Position numbers and translations under genes: made by a program. The notes under the pieces are model-generated. The model was not told the DNA's origin. It saw only the letters and a program-made list of their open reading frames with translations, and did not search any database. A stretch of 61,501 bases of DNA, the filler included, from Porpidia crustulata (lineage: Eukaryota), in the NCBI GenBank assembly GCA_964255105.1. It is 4 parts of 4 records of this genome, joined end to end, with 100 filler letters (N's around TTAATTAATTAA, not from the genome) between each part and the next. Parts side by side here need not be neighbours in the genome. Positions count along the whole stretch, not along the records: positions 46,222 to 61,501 come from CAXUWE010000325.1; 3 more parts are not named here. The stretch is one strand, 5' to 3'. Below are positions 60,230 to 61,501 of the stretch, piece by piece; within the stretch, counting starts at the first letter, position 1; each line of letters opens with the position of its first letter.

Positions 60230-61501
60230 ATGTTTTCCGGAAAGGTGCATCAGCCTTTGCCCTTCCTCTCCCCGGGCCCTGTAATCCTTCCAAACTCACT
60301 CGCAGTTCTCCACTTGAAACGTGATCATCTGATACCTACGTTCCTTCAGTCGCAGGATAAATTGAAAGAAGGCTATGATGAGGGCAAGGTCACTAATACT
60401 CGCTTTGGTTCGTTTCCCCACAGCACACTAATTGGTGTACCATGGGGCTCTCAAGTACGCGCATCAATTGTGGACACAGGGTCAAGGGGGCGGCGCGCTC
60501 CTGGCGAGGGGGCACACAAAAGGAAGCGAGATGGCGAAGAACGTCAATTAGCTGCCAACCTCGTGGTCAAGGAAATTGGTGATGAGGCCGAATTGGGCCA
60601 AAAGGCTGCTGTAACTGCACCCTCGGGCTTTACGCACATCCTACCGCCAACCCCAGAGATGTGGACCGCATCGCTACCCCATCGAACGCAGGTGGTCTAC
60701 ACGCCAGACTATAGTTACATCCTACACCGGCTTCGCGCAAGACCTGGGACCGTGATTCTTGAAGCTGGTGCAGGCAGCGGATCGTTCACACATGCCGCAG
60801 CAAGGGCGGTGTTCAATGGATATCCTGATCAGATTCTGGCAGAAACTGGCAGTCTTTCCTCTCGAAGTAAGAAATATGGAAAGGTCTGGAGTTTTGAGTT
60901 CCATGGACAGCGGGTCCAGAAGCTCAAAGATGAAATCACCGAGCATGGATTGGATGACGTCGTGGAAGTTACACATAGGGATGTTTGTCAAAACGGATTT
61001 GGTTGTAACAATAGCAAAGGAGAATCTCCAAATGCTACCGCTGTTTTTTTAGATCTACCAGCCCCTTGGCTTGCTTTGCGACATCTCACTAGAAAGGCTA
61101 TTGTTGAACCTGCCTCTGGCGCCGAATCCGTACAAAGCGGTAAAGAGGAGAATCTGATGGACGTAGAAATGTCTCAACCGACGCAAGCGGCGAACAAAGA
61201 TCCAGACCGTGGTCAGGAAGGCAGTAACCTAGCAACTTCACACCCCAAACCACTACTGGATCCAAAATCATCGATCCACCTATGCACATTCTCCCCATGT
61301 ATCGAACAAGTTCAACGCACAATCACCACCATGAGACACCTAGGCTGGGTCGACATAGAAATGGTCGAAATCGCCGCCAAGCGTATCGAAGTGCGACGAG
61401 AACGCGTCGGCCTACAAAAAGAAGGTCTACGCGGCGTAAACCCCTCGCCAGCTTCCGTCAACGAAGCCCTATCCAAACTAAGAGACGTCGAAGTCCGCTC
61501 C
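60230..61501 (+). CDS. TRM61: tRNA (adenine-58-N1)-methyltransferase catalytic subunit (runs off the window)
   Basis: Open frame from ATG 60230: TNTRFGSFPHSTLIGVPWG, PTPEMWTASLPHRTQVVYTPDYS, LEAGAGSGSFTH, SFEFH, VFLDLPAPW, CTFSPCIEQV; absent from the ORF track because no stop lies in the window. Confidence 0.93.
   Translation, partial: MFSGKVHQPLPFLSPGPVILPNSLAVLHLKRDHLIPTFLQSQDKLKEGYDEGKVTNTRFGSFPHSTLIGVPWGSQVRASIVDTGSRGRRAPGEGAHKRKRDGEERQLAANLVVKEIGDEAELGQKAAVTAPSGFTHILPPTPEMWTASLPHRTQVVYTPDYSYILHRLRARPGTVILEAGAGSGSFTHAAARAVFNGYPDQILAETGSLSSRSKKYGKVWSFEFHGQRVQKLKDEITEHGLDDVVEVTHRDVCQNGFGCNNSKGESPNATAVFLDLPAPWLALRHLTRKAIVEPASGAESVQSGKEENLMDVEMSQPTQAANKDPDRGQEGSNLATSHPKPLLDPKSSIHLCTFSPCIEQVQRTITTMRHLGWVDIEMVEIAAKRIEVRRERVGLQKEGLRGVNPSPASVNEALSKLRDVEVRS

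Overview
Genomic DNA of a filamentous ascomycete (Pezizomycotina; short GT-AG introns with CTRAY branch points). The window is four unrelated ~15.3-kb contigs joined by artificial 100-nt linkers (44 N + TTAATTAATTAA + 44 N at 15312, 30722, 46122), so adjacency across linkers is meaningless. Contig A (1-15311) is housekeeping: SYM1, SSO syntaxin, NPT1, a Cps1-like GT2 synthase, ILV1, RCF1, mitochondrial bL36 and RTC5. Contig B (15412-30721) is accessory: two diverged copies of a convergent module (uncharacterised ~447-aa multi-pass membrane protein + HET-domain protein, one with a WW domain), plus gene relics including a decayed UBE2W exon. Contig C (30822-46121): AHA1 (partial), a GPI-type S10 carboxypeptidase, ATE1, a DDP1-like Nudix hydrolase, a zinc-finger protein and calcipressin (partial). 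Contig D (46222-end): a Cys-rich gene split by one in-frame stop, secreted/membrane orphans, a DUF6536 protein and TRM61/GCD14 (partial). Best leads: (1) a structured element with a perfect tRNA T-arm mimic (the substrate motif of Trm61) and splice signals just upstream of TRM61, a candidate autoregulatory circuit; (2) the duplicated membrane-protein/HET module, a candidate new nonself-recognition/cell-death system. All calls are from manual reading and motif recognition; no searches or folding were run.
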